Notes: generated from the sequence alone by a model not told the origin. Positions 7,536-17,832 are shown, counted from the first letter of the stretch. The stretch: 64,000 nucleotides of DNA from Pontiella sp. (GCA_050290185.1 JBNKHE010000005.1:1-64000), one strand, 5' to 3'. A program made the numbers and translations.

Positions 7536-8873
7536 ATGCGCAAGATTTCTGATTGGGGGAATTTCCCGGTTATCGAGGCCGAGGTAAACGGCTTTGATAC
7601 AACGGACCAGCTACGAAAACAGTTGGATACGCCGGGAGAAGTCATAGCGTTCGGCAACGGGCGCTCGTATGGCGATGCATCGCTGCAAAACCGGGTTCTG
7701 CTGACCCGCCGGTTCAGCAAGTTTCTATCTTTCGACGATACCTGTGGAGAGCTGAGCTGCCAGGCCGGTGTGCTGTTGTCGGAAATCCTGGATGTTTTCG
7801 TGCCACGCGGATGGTTTCTGCCGGTTACACCGGGAACGAAGCTGATTACGGTGGGCGGTGCGATTGCCGCCGATGTGCATGGGAAAAACCATCATGTGGA
7901 CGGCTCGTTTGGCCAGCATATCATTTCGATGGATGTGATGCGTAATGACGGTACTGTGATCACTTGCTCGCCAACGGAGAATGCCGAGTTCTTCAAGGTT
8001 ACGGTGGGGGGCATGGGGCTCAGCGGGATTATACTGAATGCCACCTTCCGCCTGCGGAAGATAGAAACCGCCTTTATCAAGGAGGAAACGGTACGGGCTG
8101 AGAATCTCGGGGAGATCATGGATTGCTTCGAGGCATCAAGTGATTGGACCTATTCCGTGGCGTGGATCGACTGTCTGGCCAAAGGGGATTCCCTGGGGCG
8201 CAGCATTATGATGCGCGGCGAGCATGCCCGTCCGGAAGAGCTGCTCAATGCGACGCATAAGCATGCTCCGCTGGTTCCGAAAAGGGGATTGAAACTGGAT
8301 ATTCCATTCCAGTTTCCCAACTTTGCCCTTAACCATTGGACGATGCAGGCATTCAATTTTGCGTATTATAACAAGTGCAGGCCCGGAACCCATAAAGGCG
8401 TGGTCGACTATAACAGCTTTTTCTATCCTCTCGATGCGATTGACAACTGGAACCGGATCTACGGGAAGCGGGGGTTTACGCAATACCAGTTTGTCATTCC
8501 CAAGGAAGCGGGGCGCGAAGGCATGACGAAGATTCTAACGCGGATCACAGCAAGCGGGCTGGGGTCGTTCCTGGCCGTACTCAAACTGTTCGGCAGGCAG
8601 GAGAGTTTCATGTCATTTCCGATGGAGGGCTATACGCTGGCTCTTGATTTTCCGATTTCCCATAAGGCGATGGATTTGTTCAAGGAGCTGGATGCGATGG
8701 TGGCAGATTATGGTGGTCGGCTTTATCTGGCGAAGGATTCCCGTATGGATGCGGCCTTGTTTGAGAAAACCTATCCGCATGCGGATGAGTTCCGGCAGGC
8801 TATTTCCATGCTCAATGAGGGAACCACCAAGTTTGCTTCGTTGCAGTCCAAGCGCATTGGGATCACGAATTAG
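7536..8873 (+). CDS. FAD-binding oxidoreductase, DprE1-like (polyprenylphosphoryl-ribose 2-oxidase family)
   Basis: GNGRSYGDAS, PVTPGT, TVGGAIAADVHGKNHH, GGRLYLAKD motifs. Confidence 0.88.
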   Translation: MRKISDWGNFPVIEAEVNGFDTTDQLRKQLDTPGEVIAFGNGRSYGDASLQNRVLLTRRFSKFLSFDDTCGELSCQAGVLLSEILDVFVPRGWFLPVTPGTKLITVGGAIAADVHGKNHHVDGSFGQHIISMDVMRNDGTVITCSPTENAEFFKVTVGGMGLSGIILNATFRLRKIETAFIKEETVRAENLGEIMDCFEASSDWTYSVAWIDCLAKGDSLGRSIMMRGEHARPEELLNATHKHAPLVPKRGLKLDIPFQFPNFALNHWTMQAFNFAYYNKCRPGTHKGVVDYNSFFYPLDAIDNWNRIYGKRGFTQYQFVIPKEAGREGMTKILTRITASGLGSFLAVLKLFGRQESFMSFPMEGYTLALDFPISHKAMDLFKELDAMVADYGGRLYLAKDSRMDAALFEKTYPHADEFRQAISMLNEGTTKFASLQSKRIGITN

Positions 8874-8913
8874 GGAATCACGGAATACACCGAATACACG
8901 GAAAAGGCGATAA

Positions 8914-9645
8914 ATGAAGAATGTATTGATATTAGGGGCAACGTCGGACATGGCGCAGGCGATCGCAAAGAAATATGCCGCGGAGGGATGGAGCCTGACG
9001 CTTGCCGCGCTGGAGCCGGAGCTACTCGAACCGATTGCGGGTGATCTGCGGGTGCGAACCAAGACGCCGGTTGAAACCGTGGAATTCGATGCGACGGATT
9101 TTGAATTGCACCGTGCATTCTACGATGGTTTGGAAACCAAGCCGGATGCCGTGATTTGCGTGTTCGGCTATATGGGCGATCAGATGGCGGCACGAATCGA
9201 TTTTGAGGAAGTGCGGCGTACCATCGACATCAATTTTACCGGGGCGGTATCGATCCTCAATATCGTGGCGGATGATTTTGAGAAACGGGGTCATGGGGCC
9301 ATTGCCGGAATCAGTTCCGTGGCAGGAGACCGCGGCCGCCAGAGCAACTATATCTACGGGTGCGCCAAGGCCGGTTTTTCGGCCTATCTGTCGGGGCTTC
9401 GCAACCGTCTGGCCAAGGCTGACGTACATGTTATGACGGTGAAACCGGGTTTTTGCCGCACCAAGATGACGGAGCATTTGGAGCTGCCTGCTGCGCTTAC
9501 GGCCGAGCCGGAACAGATTGCAAATGCTGTTTTCGTCGGCCTGGAAAAGAAGCGCAACGTGGTCTATACGCTCTGGATGTGGCGCTGGATCATGCTTGTC
9601 ATTTGCCATATTCCTGAATTTATCTTCAAGAAGATGGGGATGTGA
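8914..9645 (+). CDS. Short-chain dehydrogenase, DprE2-like
   Basis: ILGATSDMA, SSVAGDRGRQSNYIYGCAK (YxxxK); follows the DprE1-like gene. Confidence 0.88.
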   Translation: MKNVLILGATSDMAQAIAKKYAAEGWSLTLAALEPELLEPIAGDLRVRTKTPVETVEFDATDFELHRAFYDGLETKPDAVICVFGYMGDQMAARIDFEEVRRTIDINFTGAVSILNIVADDFEKRGHGAIAGISSVAGDRGRQSNYIYGCAKAGFSAYLSGLRNRLAKADVHVMTVKPGFCRTKMTEHLELPAALTAEPEQIANAVFVGLEKKRNVVYTLWMWRWIMLVICHIPEFIFKKMGM

Positions 9646-9650
9646 TGGGT

Positions 9651-9738
9651 GTGATGAGTGAGGCGTGATGAGTGAGACGTGATGGGTGAGACGTGATGGG
9701 TGAGGCGTGATGGGTGAGGCGTGATGAGTGAGGCGTGA
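9651..9738 (+). repeat. Tandem repeat, six copies of 14-mer GTGATGRGTGAGRC
   Basis: Units read directly at 9651, 9665, 9679, 9693, 9707 and 9721. Confidence 0.95.
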
Positions 9739-9826
9739 CTGATCTGCCACACTCGTTACGAGTTAAACATCACTCCCCGTGTCTGGATGAAAAGCGGCAC
9801 AGAAGTGCCGCACTTTCAGGATGACC

Positions 9827-10783
9827 CTACGCTTCCTTAAGCAGTCCGTCGAAGTACTCGATGGTTTTTGCCAAGCCTTCGCGCAGGGGCACTTTGGGTT
9901 CCCACCCGAGCTTTTCTCTGGCCAAGGTAATATCGGGCTTGCGCTGTTTGGGATCGTCGGCGGGAAGCGGCTCAAATACGAGTTTGGAGCTGGAGCCTGT
10001 GAGATCGATCACGTTCTCGGCCAGTTCCAACATGGTGAATTCGCCGGGGTTGCCGATGTTAATCGGGCCGGTGACATCATCGGATGTCGCCATGAGGCGG
10101 ATCCAGCCTTCAATCAGGTCGGAGACGTAGCAGAACGAACGCGTTTGTTGTCCGTCGCCGTAGATGGTGATGTCCTCGCCCTTGAGCGCCTGCATGATGA
10201 AATTGGAAACGACGCGGCCATCGTGCGGATGCATCCGCGGCCCGTAGGTGTTGAAGATACGGACCACCTTGATGCGCAGGTTGTTCTGGCGCCAGTAATC
10301 GAAGAAGAGGGTTTCGGCGCAACGTTTGCCTTCGTCGTAGCATGAACGAATGCCGATGGGGTTGACGTTACCCCAGTAGGATTCCGGCTGCGGATGAATC
10401 GAGGGGTCGCCGTACACTTCCGAGGTGGAAGCCTGGAATACCTTGGCTTTTACCCGTTTGGCCAGACCAAGCACGTTGATGGCGCCGTGGACACTGGTTT
10501 TCGTGGTTTGCACGGGGTCGAACTGGTAGTGAACGGGAGAGGCCGGGCAGGCCAGGTTATAGATTTCATCAACCTCGACGTAGAATGGGAAGGTGACATC
10601 GTGGCGCATCAGCTCAAAGTAGGGATTGTCAATCAAATGGACTATGTTGGCTTTTCGTCCCGTAAAAAAATTGTCCATGCAGATGACGTCGCAACCTTCG
10701 GCCAGCAGGCGTTCGCATAAAAATGAGCCGAGAAATCCCGCACCACCGGTCACCAAAACACGTTTCTTGATCAAATCCTTCAT
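9827..10783 (-). CDS. UDP-glucuronate decarboxylase (UDP-xylose synthase) family
   Basis: [39 protein letters not shown] motifs. Confidence 0.93.
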   Translation of the reverse strand: MKDLIKKRVLVTGGAGFLGSFLCERLLAEGCDVICMDNFFTGRKANIVHLIDNPYFELMRHDVTFPFYVEVDEIYNLACPASPVHYQFDPVQTTKTSVHGAINVLGLAKRVKAKVFQASTSEVYGDPSIHPQPESYWGNVNPIGIRSCYDEGKRCAETLFFDYWRQNNLRIKVVRIFNTYGPRMHPHDGRVVSNFIMQALKGEDITIYGDGQQTRSFCYVSDLIEGWIRLMATSDDVTGPINIGNPGEFTMLELAENVIDLTGSSSKLVFEPLPADDPKQRKPDITLAREKLGWEPKVPLREGLAKTIEYFDGLLKEA

Positions 10784-10900
10784 GACAATATTCCCTTATG
10801 GGTTACGGATTAGCATAATATTCTCGTTTCGACTGCTGGAATTAATTCCATTAAAGAGGAAAATAAGCAATAGTCATCTGTTTAGAAAGCAAGGAGCGCG

Positions 10901-11875
10901 ATGTCAGTAGAAATTACAAAGAACGTGGTGGGGCGTGATGAATGGCTGGCCCGTTTGCCGAAAACGGACAAAAAACTTTTTGCGATGTATTCCTCGGTCA
11001 CGGATTGCATCGTAACCGATCAGTCCATCATGGCCGTACCGGTGGATGATCATATGGTGCACCGTGGCGATGGTGTGTTTGAGTCGTTCAAATGCATCGA
11101 TGGAAGCATCTACAATCTTGAAGACCATTTGGATCGTTTGGAGCGCTCGTGCACGGCGCTTGGCATAGAGCTTCTGCATTCCCACGCAGAATTGTCCAAT
11201 ATCATTGTGCAGACGGTGCGCGCAGGCGATCGGCGCGATGCGCTGGTCCGGTTGCTTGTTTCGCGCGGGCAGGGGACGATGGGCATTAATCCCTACGCAT
11301 GTTTCCATCCCGAGCTATATATCATCGTCTATGAGTTGCCGGACGCAAAATTCGATCGTCTGCCCGAAGGGGTAAGCATGGCCGTGAGCAAGATTCCAAT
11401 CAAGCCGGGTATGTTCGCCACGGTGAAAACCTGCAACTATCTGCCGAATGTGCTCATGAAGAAGGAGGCGGTCGATCTTGGTGTCGATTTCATGGTTTCT
11501 CTGGATGAACAGCGAAATCTCGGCGAAGGGGCGACGGAAAACATCGGGATTGTTACCCGCGGCAAGGAACTGTTCATGCCGCCGCCGGAACGGGTTTTGG
11601 CCGGAACGACCGCAAAGCGGGCGTTGGAGTTTGCCCAGCAGCTGAAAAAAGAACGCGTGCTTACCACGGCTGAGTTCCGGCCGATCAACCTGGGACTGGT
11701 ACGCTCAGCGGCGGAAGTACATGTCTATGGGACTACACCCAATATCACACCCGTCACTGTTTTTGACGGGAATCCGGTGGGTGATGGCAAGCCGGGCCCC
11801 ATTGCAAAGCTGCTGTTTGACATGCTCAAGCAGGAAATGATTCCAGACAGCTCGCGCCTCACCAACGTGTTTTGA
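10901..11875 (+). CDS. Class IV PLP-dependent aminotransferase/lyase family protein
   Basis: HRGDGVFE, HLDRL, KTCNYL, EGATEN, LAGTT motifs. Confidence 0.88.
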   Translation: MSVEITKNVVGRDEWLARLPKTDKKLFAMYSSVTDCIVTDQSIMAVPVDDHMVHRGDGVFESFKCIDGSIYNLEDHLDRLERSCTALGIELLHSHAELSNIIVQTVRAGDRRDALVRLLVSRGQGTMGINPYACFHPELYIIVYELPDAKFDRLPEGVSMAVSKIPIKPGMFATVKTCNYLPNVLMKKEAVDLGVDFMVSLDEQRNLGEGATENIGIVTRGKELFMPPPERVLAGTTAKRALEFAQQLKKERVLTTAEFRPINLGLVRSAAEVHVYGTTPNITPVTVFDGNPVGDGKPGPIAKLLFDMLKQEMIPDSSRLTNVF

Positions 11876-12006
11876 CACGGTTCTTCGGCTGATTTTTGAA
11901 TGATGAATCTGGATTTACGGTTTATAGGCCCGCGACCACCTTTCTTATGGAAAGGCCAGCGGCGCCTAGGTTCCAGCAATCGAAAATCAAACATCGAAAA
12001 TCGAAA

Positions 12007-14172
12007 ATGAACAGGGGAACTTCCATCCACATTAGCGGGGTTGTACAAGGGGTCGGCTTTCGCCCCTGGGTGTGGAGGACCGCCCTGCATCTTGGGCTCT
12101 CAGGATTTGTCCGCAATGACTTCGATGGCGTACGGATCGAGCTGTATGGCGATGCCGCCGAATTTCTCAGCGCGTTAGAATCCGATGCCCCTCCGCTTGC
12201 ACGGATTGACTCCATAACGGTGTCGGAGATTGAATACCGCCCCGTGGAGGGTTTTTCGATTCGGGAAAGCGAGGATTCCGGAGAGGCATTGCTTCGTATT
12301 TCTCCGGACATCTCCATCTGCGACGACTGCCGGCGGGAACTGTTTGATCCGAAAGATCGCCGCCATCGCTATCCGTTTATCAACTGTGTTAATTGCGGCC
12401 CCCGTTTTTCGATTATAGAAAGCCTTCCCTATGATCGGCCTCGAACGAGTATGCGAGCGTTTAACATGTGTGCGGCCTGTGCCTCCGAATATGCGGATCC
12501 CGCGTGTCGCCGCTATCATGCCCAGCCGATATCCTGCCCGGAGTGCGGTCCAAAAATGGAGCCCGAAAACTGGGAGTCGGTCTGGCAGGAGTCGATGGAG
12601 CAGGGCTGTATTGCCGCGGTGAAGGGCATCGGCGGCTTTCATCTGGCGTGCGACGCGCTGAATCCGCATGCCGTCGCAAAACTGAGGCGTCGAAAACGTC
12701 GTGAATCCAAGCCCTTTGCCTTGATGGTTCCAAATCTGGATTGGGTACGAACGGTGTGTGAAATTTCCCCGCATGAAGAAAAACTCCTCATGGCGGTAGA
12801 GCGGCCGATTGTCGTACTTAAGCTCAAGCAGGAATTTCCCACCTCCGGGCTGATCGCCCCCGGGCTCGATACCCTAGGCGTCATGCTGCCCTACAGCCCG
12901 ATGCATGAAGTCATGTTCAATCTGTTTCCGCATCCTGTGGTCATGACCAGTGCCAACTATTCTTCAGAGCCCATGATCCATACCAACGAGAACGCGCATG
13001 GAAAACTGAATGCCATTGCCGATGTTTTTCTGGTACACGATCGGGAAATCATTAACCGGTGCGATGATCCGGTTTGCGCAGTCTTCGACGAACAGACCAT
13101 CGTCCTACGCCCCGGACGGGGTGTTGCACCGGTTTCCATGCCCATTGAAGAATCACGGTGTCTGTTAGCCTGCGGCGCAGACATGAAAAACACCTTTGCG
13201 CTAGCGCATCATGGTCATATCACCTTGCATCCCTATATCGGGGATCTGGAGCATCCGGAAACGCAGGAGATTCTTGGAAAGGCCGTTCAGCGAGAGCTCT
13301 CCTGCTTTAAGCAGACCCCGGAATTGATTGTCCATGATTTGCACCCGGACTATTTTTCGACCCAGTTCGCCCGGAAAATGGCATCTCATTTCCATGTTCC
13401 AACCATAGCCGTGCAGCATCATCATGCCCATTTAGCAGGAGCGCATGCCGGCCGGGCGATCGGTTTTGCATTCGATGGAACCGGATACGGAACGGACGGG
13501 ACCATCTGGGGTGGAGAGGTGCTTGTTTATGATGCCTCCGGGTTTTCGCGCGCATTCAATCTGCGGCCTTTCGCGTTGCCGGGCGGCGATGCCGCGGTGA
13601 AGAATCCCCGTCGCGTGCTCGATGCTTTGCTCTTCCAGTGCCGCCCTGCGAAGCTGGAAGCCTCGTCTACGCTGGAGCAACTTGAATCAGGGATAAACTG
13701 TCCGATGACGTCGAGCATGGGAAGACTCTTTGATGCGGTTTCATGCCTGCTGGGCCTATGCGAAAAACCCCGCTACGACGGGGAAGCCGCGATGATGCTT
13801 GAGGCGGCGGCCGATCCGGACGACTGCGGCGATCTGGCGTTCCAAATCAACGGCGGGGAAATTGATTGGCGTCCATTGATTCTGGATTTGCTCGATGAGC
13901 TGGATCGTGGTGTGTCAGTCCCGGTATTGGCTGCCCGCTTCCATAATACGCTGGCGGAAATCGTCTATTGCTGCGGGAAAGAACTTGCGGAATCGCATGG
14001 GCCTTTACCGTGGGTTTTTGCCGGTGGTGTATTTCAAAACCGGTTGTTGGTGGAACGCATACGGAGCGTCGTCGGTGAAGAGTTTAAACTGCTGTTCTCT
14101 TCCTATCCCAACGATAGTGGAATAGCCATAGGGCAAGCTGTAATCGGAGCGAAGCAATGGGCATTGAAATAG
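12007..14172 (+). CDS. hypF: Carbamoyltransferase HypF
   Basis: GVVQGVGFRP acylphosphatase domain, CxxC zinc fingers, KGIGGFHL, HDLHPDY, QHHHAH, DGTGYGTDGTIWGGE; start set to ATG 12007. Confidence 0.93.
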   Translation: MNRGTSIHISGVVQGVGFRPWVWRTALHLGLSGFVRNDFDGVRIELYGDAAEFLSALESDAPPLARIDSITVSEIEYRPVEGFSIRESEDSGEALLRISPDISICDDCRRELFDPKDRRHRYPFINCVNCGPRFSIIESLPYDRPRTSMRAFNMCAACASEYADPACRRYHAQPISCPECGPKMEPENWESVWQESMEQGCIAAVKGIGGFHLACDALNPHAVAKLRRRKRRESKPFALMVPNLDWVRTVCEISPHEEKLLMAVERPIVVLKLKQEFPTSGLIAPGLDTLGVMLPYSPMHEVMFNLFPHPVVMTSANYSSEPMIHTNENAHGKLNAIADVFLVHDREIINRCDDPVCAVFDEQTIVLRPGRGVAPVSMPIEESRCLLACGADMKNTFALAHHGHITLHPYIGDLEHPETQEILGKAVQRELSCFKQTPELIVHDLHPDYFSTQFARKMASHFHVPTIAVQHHHAHLAGAHAGRAIGFAFDGTGYGTDGTIWGGEVLVYDASGFSRAFNLRPFALPGGDAAVKNPRRVLDALLFQCRPAKLEASSTLEQLESGINCPMTSSMGRLFDAVSCLLGLCEKPRYDGEAAMMLEAAADPDDCGDLAFQINGGEIDWRPLILDLLDELDRGVSVPVLAARFHNTLAEIVYCCGKELAESHGPLPWVFAGGVFQNRLLVERIRSVVGEEFKLLFSSYPNDSGIAIGQAVIGAKQWALK

Positions 14173-14621
14173 AACGTAAATTTTTGGTCACAGATGATTC
14201 GTGGAAGGCCACCGCCGGGGAGGGTTTGGTCTGCCGGCAGGGCTATCTTTGTTCCGGGGACGGAAAAACGGTTCGTGTGCGAGTCATCGGGGAAAAGGCG
14301 TTTCTGACGATCAAGGGGCCGACCAACGGGATTTCCCGCAGCGAGTTCGAATATGATATCCCTGCGGGCGACGCCGAAGCCCTGTTGGCCTTGTGCGGCG
14401 ATCCGGTTGAGAAGGTCCGCTATTTTATTCCATACGCGGGCATGGTCTGGGAGCTGGATGTGTTTTCCGGAGCAAACGAAGGTCTGGTCATGGCGGAGAT
14501 TGAACTGGAATCTGAAGGCCAGTCCTTCGCGTTACCCGCCTGGGCGGGCGAAGAGGTGTCGGGCGACTTCCGCTACTACAACGCCTATCTGGCGAAGCAT
14601 CCCTTTACCGGCTGGCCGTAA
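14157..14621 (+). CDS. CYTH domain protein
   Basis: EIERKFLV, RVRV, LTIKG, EFEY, WELDVF, AEIEL. Confidence 0.93.
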   Translation: MGIEIERKFLVTDDSWKATAGEGLVCRQGYLCSGDGKTVRVRVIGEKAFLTIKGPTNGISRSEFEYDIPAGDAEALLALCGDPVEKVRYFIPYAGMVWELDVFSGANEGLVMAEIELESEGQSFALPAWAGEEVSGDFRYYNAYLAKHPFTGWP

Positions 14622-15460
14622 GCCGGGCCAGAATTTCGCGGGCGGCGAGTTCCGCACCTCCGGTTGCCATTTGTTCCCTGGGAGCCGGCGCTGATTCGAT
14701 TTCCTCCAATGCGCGGGCAAGCTGGCCGGCGTAAAGCTCGGCGTTGGGAATGAAGGCCTGGCGGCAGTATTTCTCGATGCATTCAACCAGGACCCCATAT
14801 TCCCGAAAGTTGGACCGGTCGGAATAGATGATCGGTTTTTCGTTGGCGATGCATTCGGAAAGGATGCCGAAGCCGGGCTTGGTCACCACAACATCAACCG
14901 AGGCCATGATATCGGCAAAACAAGCGGTGGACCGGGCGATGCAGTGAATCGGGGAGTCCGGCCATTCCAGAGGTTCGACGGTGAAGAGTTCGCATCCGTC
15001 CAATTGCGATAAACGATCAATGGCGGGGTGCTTCAGGTTGAGCGAGGTGAAGGAGAGAAGCACCCAGCGTTTTCCGGGATCGGCCCCGGTGACCTCCGCG
15101 AGCCGCATCCAGCGGGATCGCCGGCACATCGGCCACGATGACGCCAATGTCTTCCTTTTGGATAAATTCCATCTCCTGCCGGATCAAATCCTCTTCATGT
15201 TCATAGAGCGCCTGAATTGTTTCCAGCGAGGCTTCGAGATCCACCTGAATGGAGTCTTTCTGAATGAGTCCGATGTCGAATGCTCCGGGGCGAATTCCGA
15301 TGGTTTCCGGAATGCGGTTCCGCATGAAATCGACGGGCAGGTCTGTTTTTACCATGATTGGAACGTCTGGGGCCGCGGAGCGCAATGCGTTTAGAATGTC
15401 GCAGGAGCGGGTGCCGTGTCCGTATCCATGGGCGGTAATGTAATATGCGATCTTTTTCAT
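14605..15460 (-). pseudogene. GT-B glycosyltransferase-like gene (arabinokinase N-terminal-like), split by frameshift/internal deletion near 15105
   Basis: N-half YYITAHGYGHGTR...VADVPAIPLDAA in one frame; C-half WVLLSF...DVVVTKPGFGILSEC...R.NFRE in another. Confidence 0.75.
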
Positions 15461-15990
15461 GTTACGGCGACGCCTATCGCCAGAATGAAGGCCATGGCGA
15501 GGGTTGCGCCAACCTTAAGAAAAATGACGGCCAAACGCGCCAGAACGGCCCCGGTTGCGACATGCGCCGCATGGGTCGCCTTCTTCATTTTTGCGTGTTC
15601 AACCAGAAAGGCACAGCCAAAGCTTCCTGCGATCATGCCGATCAAACTTCCGATGACTGGAACAGGAATAAAGCCGCCCAGCAGCATACCCAGAAACCCG
15701 CCGCCGAGCGCGGCCCAGCCGGTGGCCCTGGATCCACCGCGCCGTTGCACGCCCCAAGATGCGGCGAATGCTTCCGCGACTTCCACGGCAATACATAGAA
15801 CGAAGAAGATCGCGAGGGTGGGGATACCCGGGAAATCAGGCCAGCGTTTCCATGCCACGATTGCCGAAGCTACGAAAACGACCCATGTACCGGACAAGGA
15901 GAGGCAGGATAGAAAAAAACCGATGCAGCACAGCAGGGCGGCTAACGAATAGATGCCCAGCGAACCAAGGGCCTGCCAGTCGAATTCCAT
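15457..15990 (-). CDS. DUF456-family membrane protein
   Basis: Hydrophobic, Gly-rich; GGS..GWAALGGGFLG and GAVLAR..FLK pattern. Confidence 0.8.
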   Translation of the reverse strand: MEFDWQALGSLGIYSLAALLCCIGFFLSCLSLSGTWVVFVASAIVAWKRWPDFPGIPTLAIFFVLCIAVEVAEAFAASWGVQRRGGSRATGWAALGGGFLGMLLGGFIPVPVIGSLIGMIAGSFGCAFLVEHAKMKKATHAAHVATGAVLARLAVIFLKVGATLAMAFILAIGVAVT

Positions 15991-15993
15991 GGG

Positions 15994-17463
15994 TTATTTC
16001 TGGTCTGCAATCCACTGGGTCAGCAGACGTGCCCCAACGAGGGTGGCTCCCGGCGCCTGATAGGGTTTTGCGGATTCAACCCACGCCGTTCCTGCAATAT
16101 CGAGGTGCGCCCACGGAATATCCTCCGGAACAAATTCCTGAAGGAACGCTGCCGCGGTGGCGGTTCCGGCTCCGCCGGATTTTCCGAGGTTGGAGAGATC
16201 GGCAAAGTCGGATTGCATCTCGTCGGAATAGTCCTTGTAGAGCGGAAGCTGCCATAAGCGTTCGCCGGCCAGTTCGCCGGAATGAATGAGATCCTTGATC
16301 AATCCCACATCATTGCCCAATACCGCCGATGCGGCGGAACCGAGCGCGACAATAACCGCCCCGGTCAGGGTCGCCAGATCGACGATGGCTCGCGGCTTCA
16401 TGTCGGCAGCCAGGCCCAGTGCGTCTGCCAGAACGAGGCGGCCTTCGGCGTCGGTGTTCAGCACTTCGATGGTCTTGCCGTTATAGGCTTTGACGATGTC
16501 ACCGGGCCGGGTGGCTTTCGAGCCGGGCATGTTTTCGGCGGCACCGAGAATGCCGACGACCGGCACTTTGACATTCATGCGCGCGATCATCTGCATGGCG
16601 GTTAATACGGCCATGCCGCCGCATTTGTCGTAGCGCATCCATCCCATGCCTTTGCCCGGCTTGAGCGAAATGCCGCCGCTGTCGAACGTGACCGTTTTCC
16701 CCACGAGGACAATGGGCTTGGCCTTGGGGTCGCTTCCGGCGTGTTTGAGAATGATCATTTTTGCATCCTGAGCACTGCCCTGAGCCACGGAGAGGATTGC
16801 GCCGCATCCTTTTTTCTCCAGTTCGTTTTTGCCGAGCACCTGGCATGTCAGACCATTTTTGCCGGCCATGCTTTTGGCCCACGAGGCGATCTTTGCCGGG
16901 TGCGCTTCGTTGCCGGGCAGGTTGGCGAGGTCCGCAGTGTCGAGGAGGGCGATGCCCTGGGCTTCCGCCATTTTGATGGCGGAACGGTTCTTCACCTTAC
17001 CGGAAAAAACGACCGAAACGGATTTCTCCTTCTTGCTGCCGGACTTGAATTGGGAGAACGTATAGGTGCCCCATGCCGCTCCGCGACCTACGAGAAGCTG
17101 ATAGTCGGATTCGCTGACTCCGTCAAGCTGGATGCCGGCCGCCATGGCAAAGGATGCTGCGCCCGCGTCCTTGCCCGCCCGGACGGCTGCCGCAGCGGCC
17201 TGTTCCAGCAGTCCATTGTGGAAATGTTTTTCATCGCCGACCCCCGCCACAATGAGGCGTCCGGCAGCCATTTTACCCGAGGCGGGGAACACGGCAACCT
17301 GACCGGATTTTCCTTTGAACGATGAGGCTTTGATCAGTTGTCCGGCATGGGTCGCCAATGCCGAATCTTCCTTTTTCAGCAAGGGTGTTTCGCCCATAAA
17401 AAAAACAATGACGGCATCTTTTTTCTGATCCGTCAACGGCGTTGAGGTGGTGGTGAACTTCAT
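15994..17463 (-). CDS. pepA: Leucyl aminopeptidase (M17)
   Basis: GKTVTFDSGGISLK, NTDAEGRLVLAD, DLATLTGA, WAHLDIAG. Confidence 0.95.
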   Translation of the reverse strand: MKFTTTSTPLTDQKKDAVIVFFMGETPLLKKEDSALATHAGQLIKASSFKGKSGQVAVFPASGKMAAGRLIVAGVGDEKHFHNGLLEQAAAAAVRAGKDAGAASFAMAAGIQLDGVSESDYQLLVGRGAAWGTYTFSQFKSGSKKEKSVSVVFSGKVKNRSAIKMAEAQGIALLDTADLANLPGNEAHPAKIASWAKSMAGKNGLTCQVLGKNELEKKGCGAILSVAQGSAQDAKMIILKHAGSDPKAKPIVLVGKTVTFDSGGISLKPGKGMGWMRYDKCGGMAVLTAMQMIARMNVKVPVVGILGAAENMPGSKATRPGDIVKAYNGKTIEVLNTDAEGRLVLADALGLAADMKPRAIVDLATLTGAVIVALGSAASAVLGNDVGLIKDLIHSGELAGERLWQLPLYKDYSDEMQSDFADLSNLGKSGGAGTATAAAFLQEFVPEDIPWAHLDIAGTAWVESAKPYQAPGATLVGARLLTQWIADQK

Positions 17464-17832
17464 CTATTTTACTCCTTCCGGGATTTTGGCCCGGGGATTG
17501 GCGGGGCGGCCGTTCACGGAAAAACCGGAGAGCGCAATGGCTTCTTCGAAATTCATTTTTCGCGTCGTGCTGCTTTGGTAGCTGACCGTCAGGGTGTGGT
17601 TTTCCAGATCGCATCGGCTGCGCTCAAAGCCCGGAATTGTTTTCAGGCGGTTTTGCAGGTATGCCGCTTCGGCCGGGGTGGTCATATCGGGCACATGGAG
17701 ATCCGAGGATACCACTTCTTCCCGGAAGCACCAGAACATGAATGCGGGACTCTTGTTTTCAGCGGTCTGTTTGCTGCATCCCGTGACAGCCATCATTAAA
17801 CCAGCGATTGCGATTAGGAGTGTAGTCTTCAT
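17464..17832 (-). CDS. Lipoprotein with HMA-like fold lacking CxxC
   Basis: Lipobox VTGC; LHVPDM...L..IPG...DLE..TLTVSY...EEAI..SGF pattern. Confidence 0.6.
   Translation of the reverse strand: MKTTLLIAIAGLMMAVTGCSKQTAENKSPAFMFWCFREEVVSSDLHVPDMTTPAEAAYLQNRLKTIPGFERSRCDLENHTLTVSYQSSTTRKMNFEEAIALSGFSVNGRPANPRAKIPEGVK

Noticed and set aside
9651..9738. Mini-CRISPR or coding repeat
   Set aside because: Contiguous 14-mers with no unique spacers; overlapping ORFs are spurious
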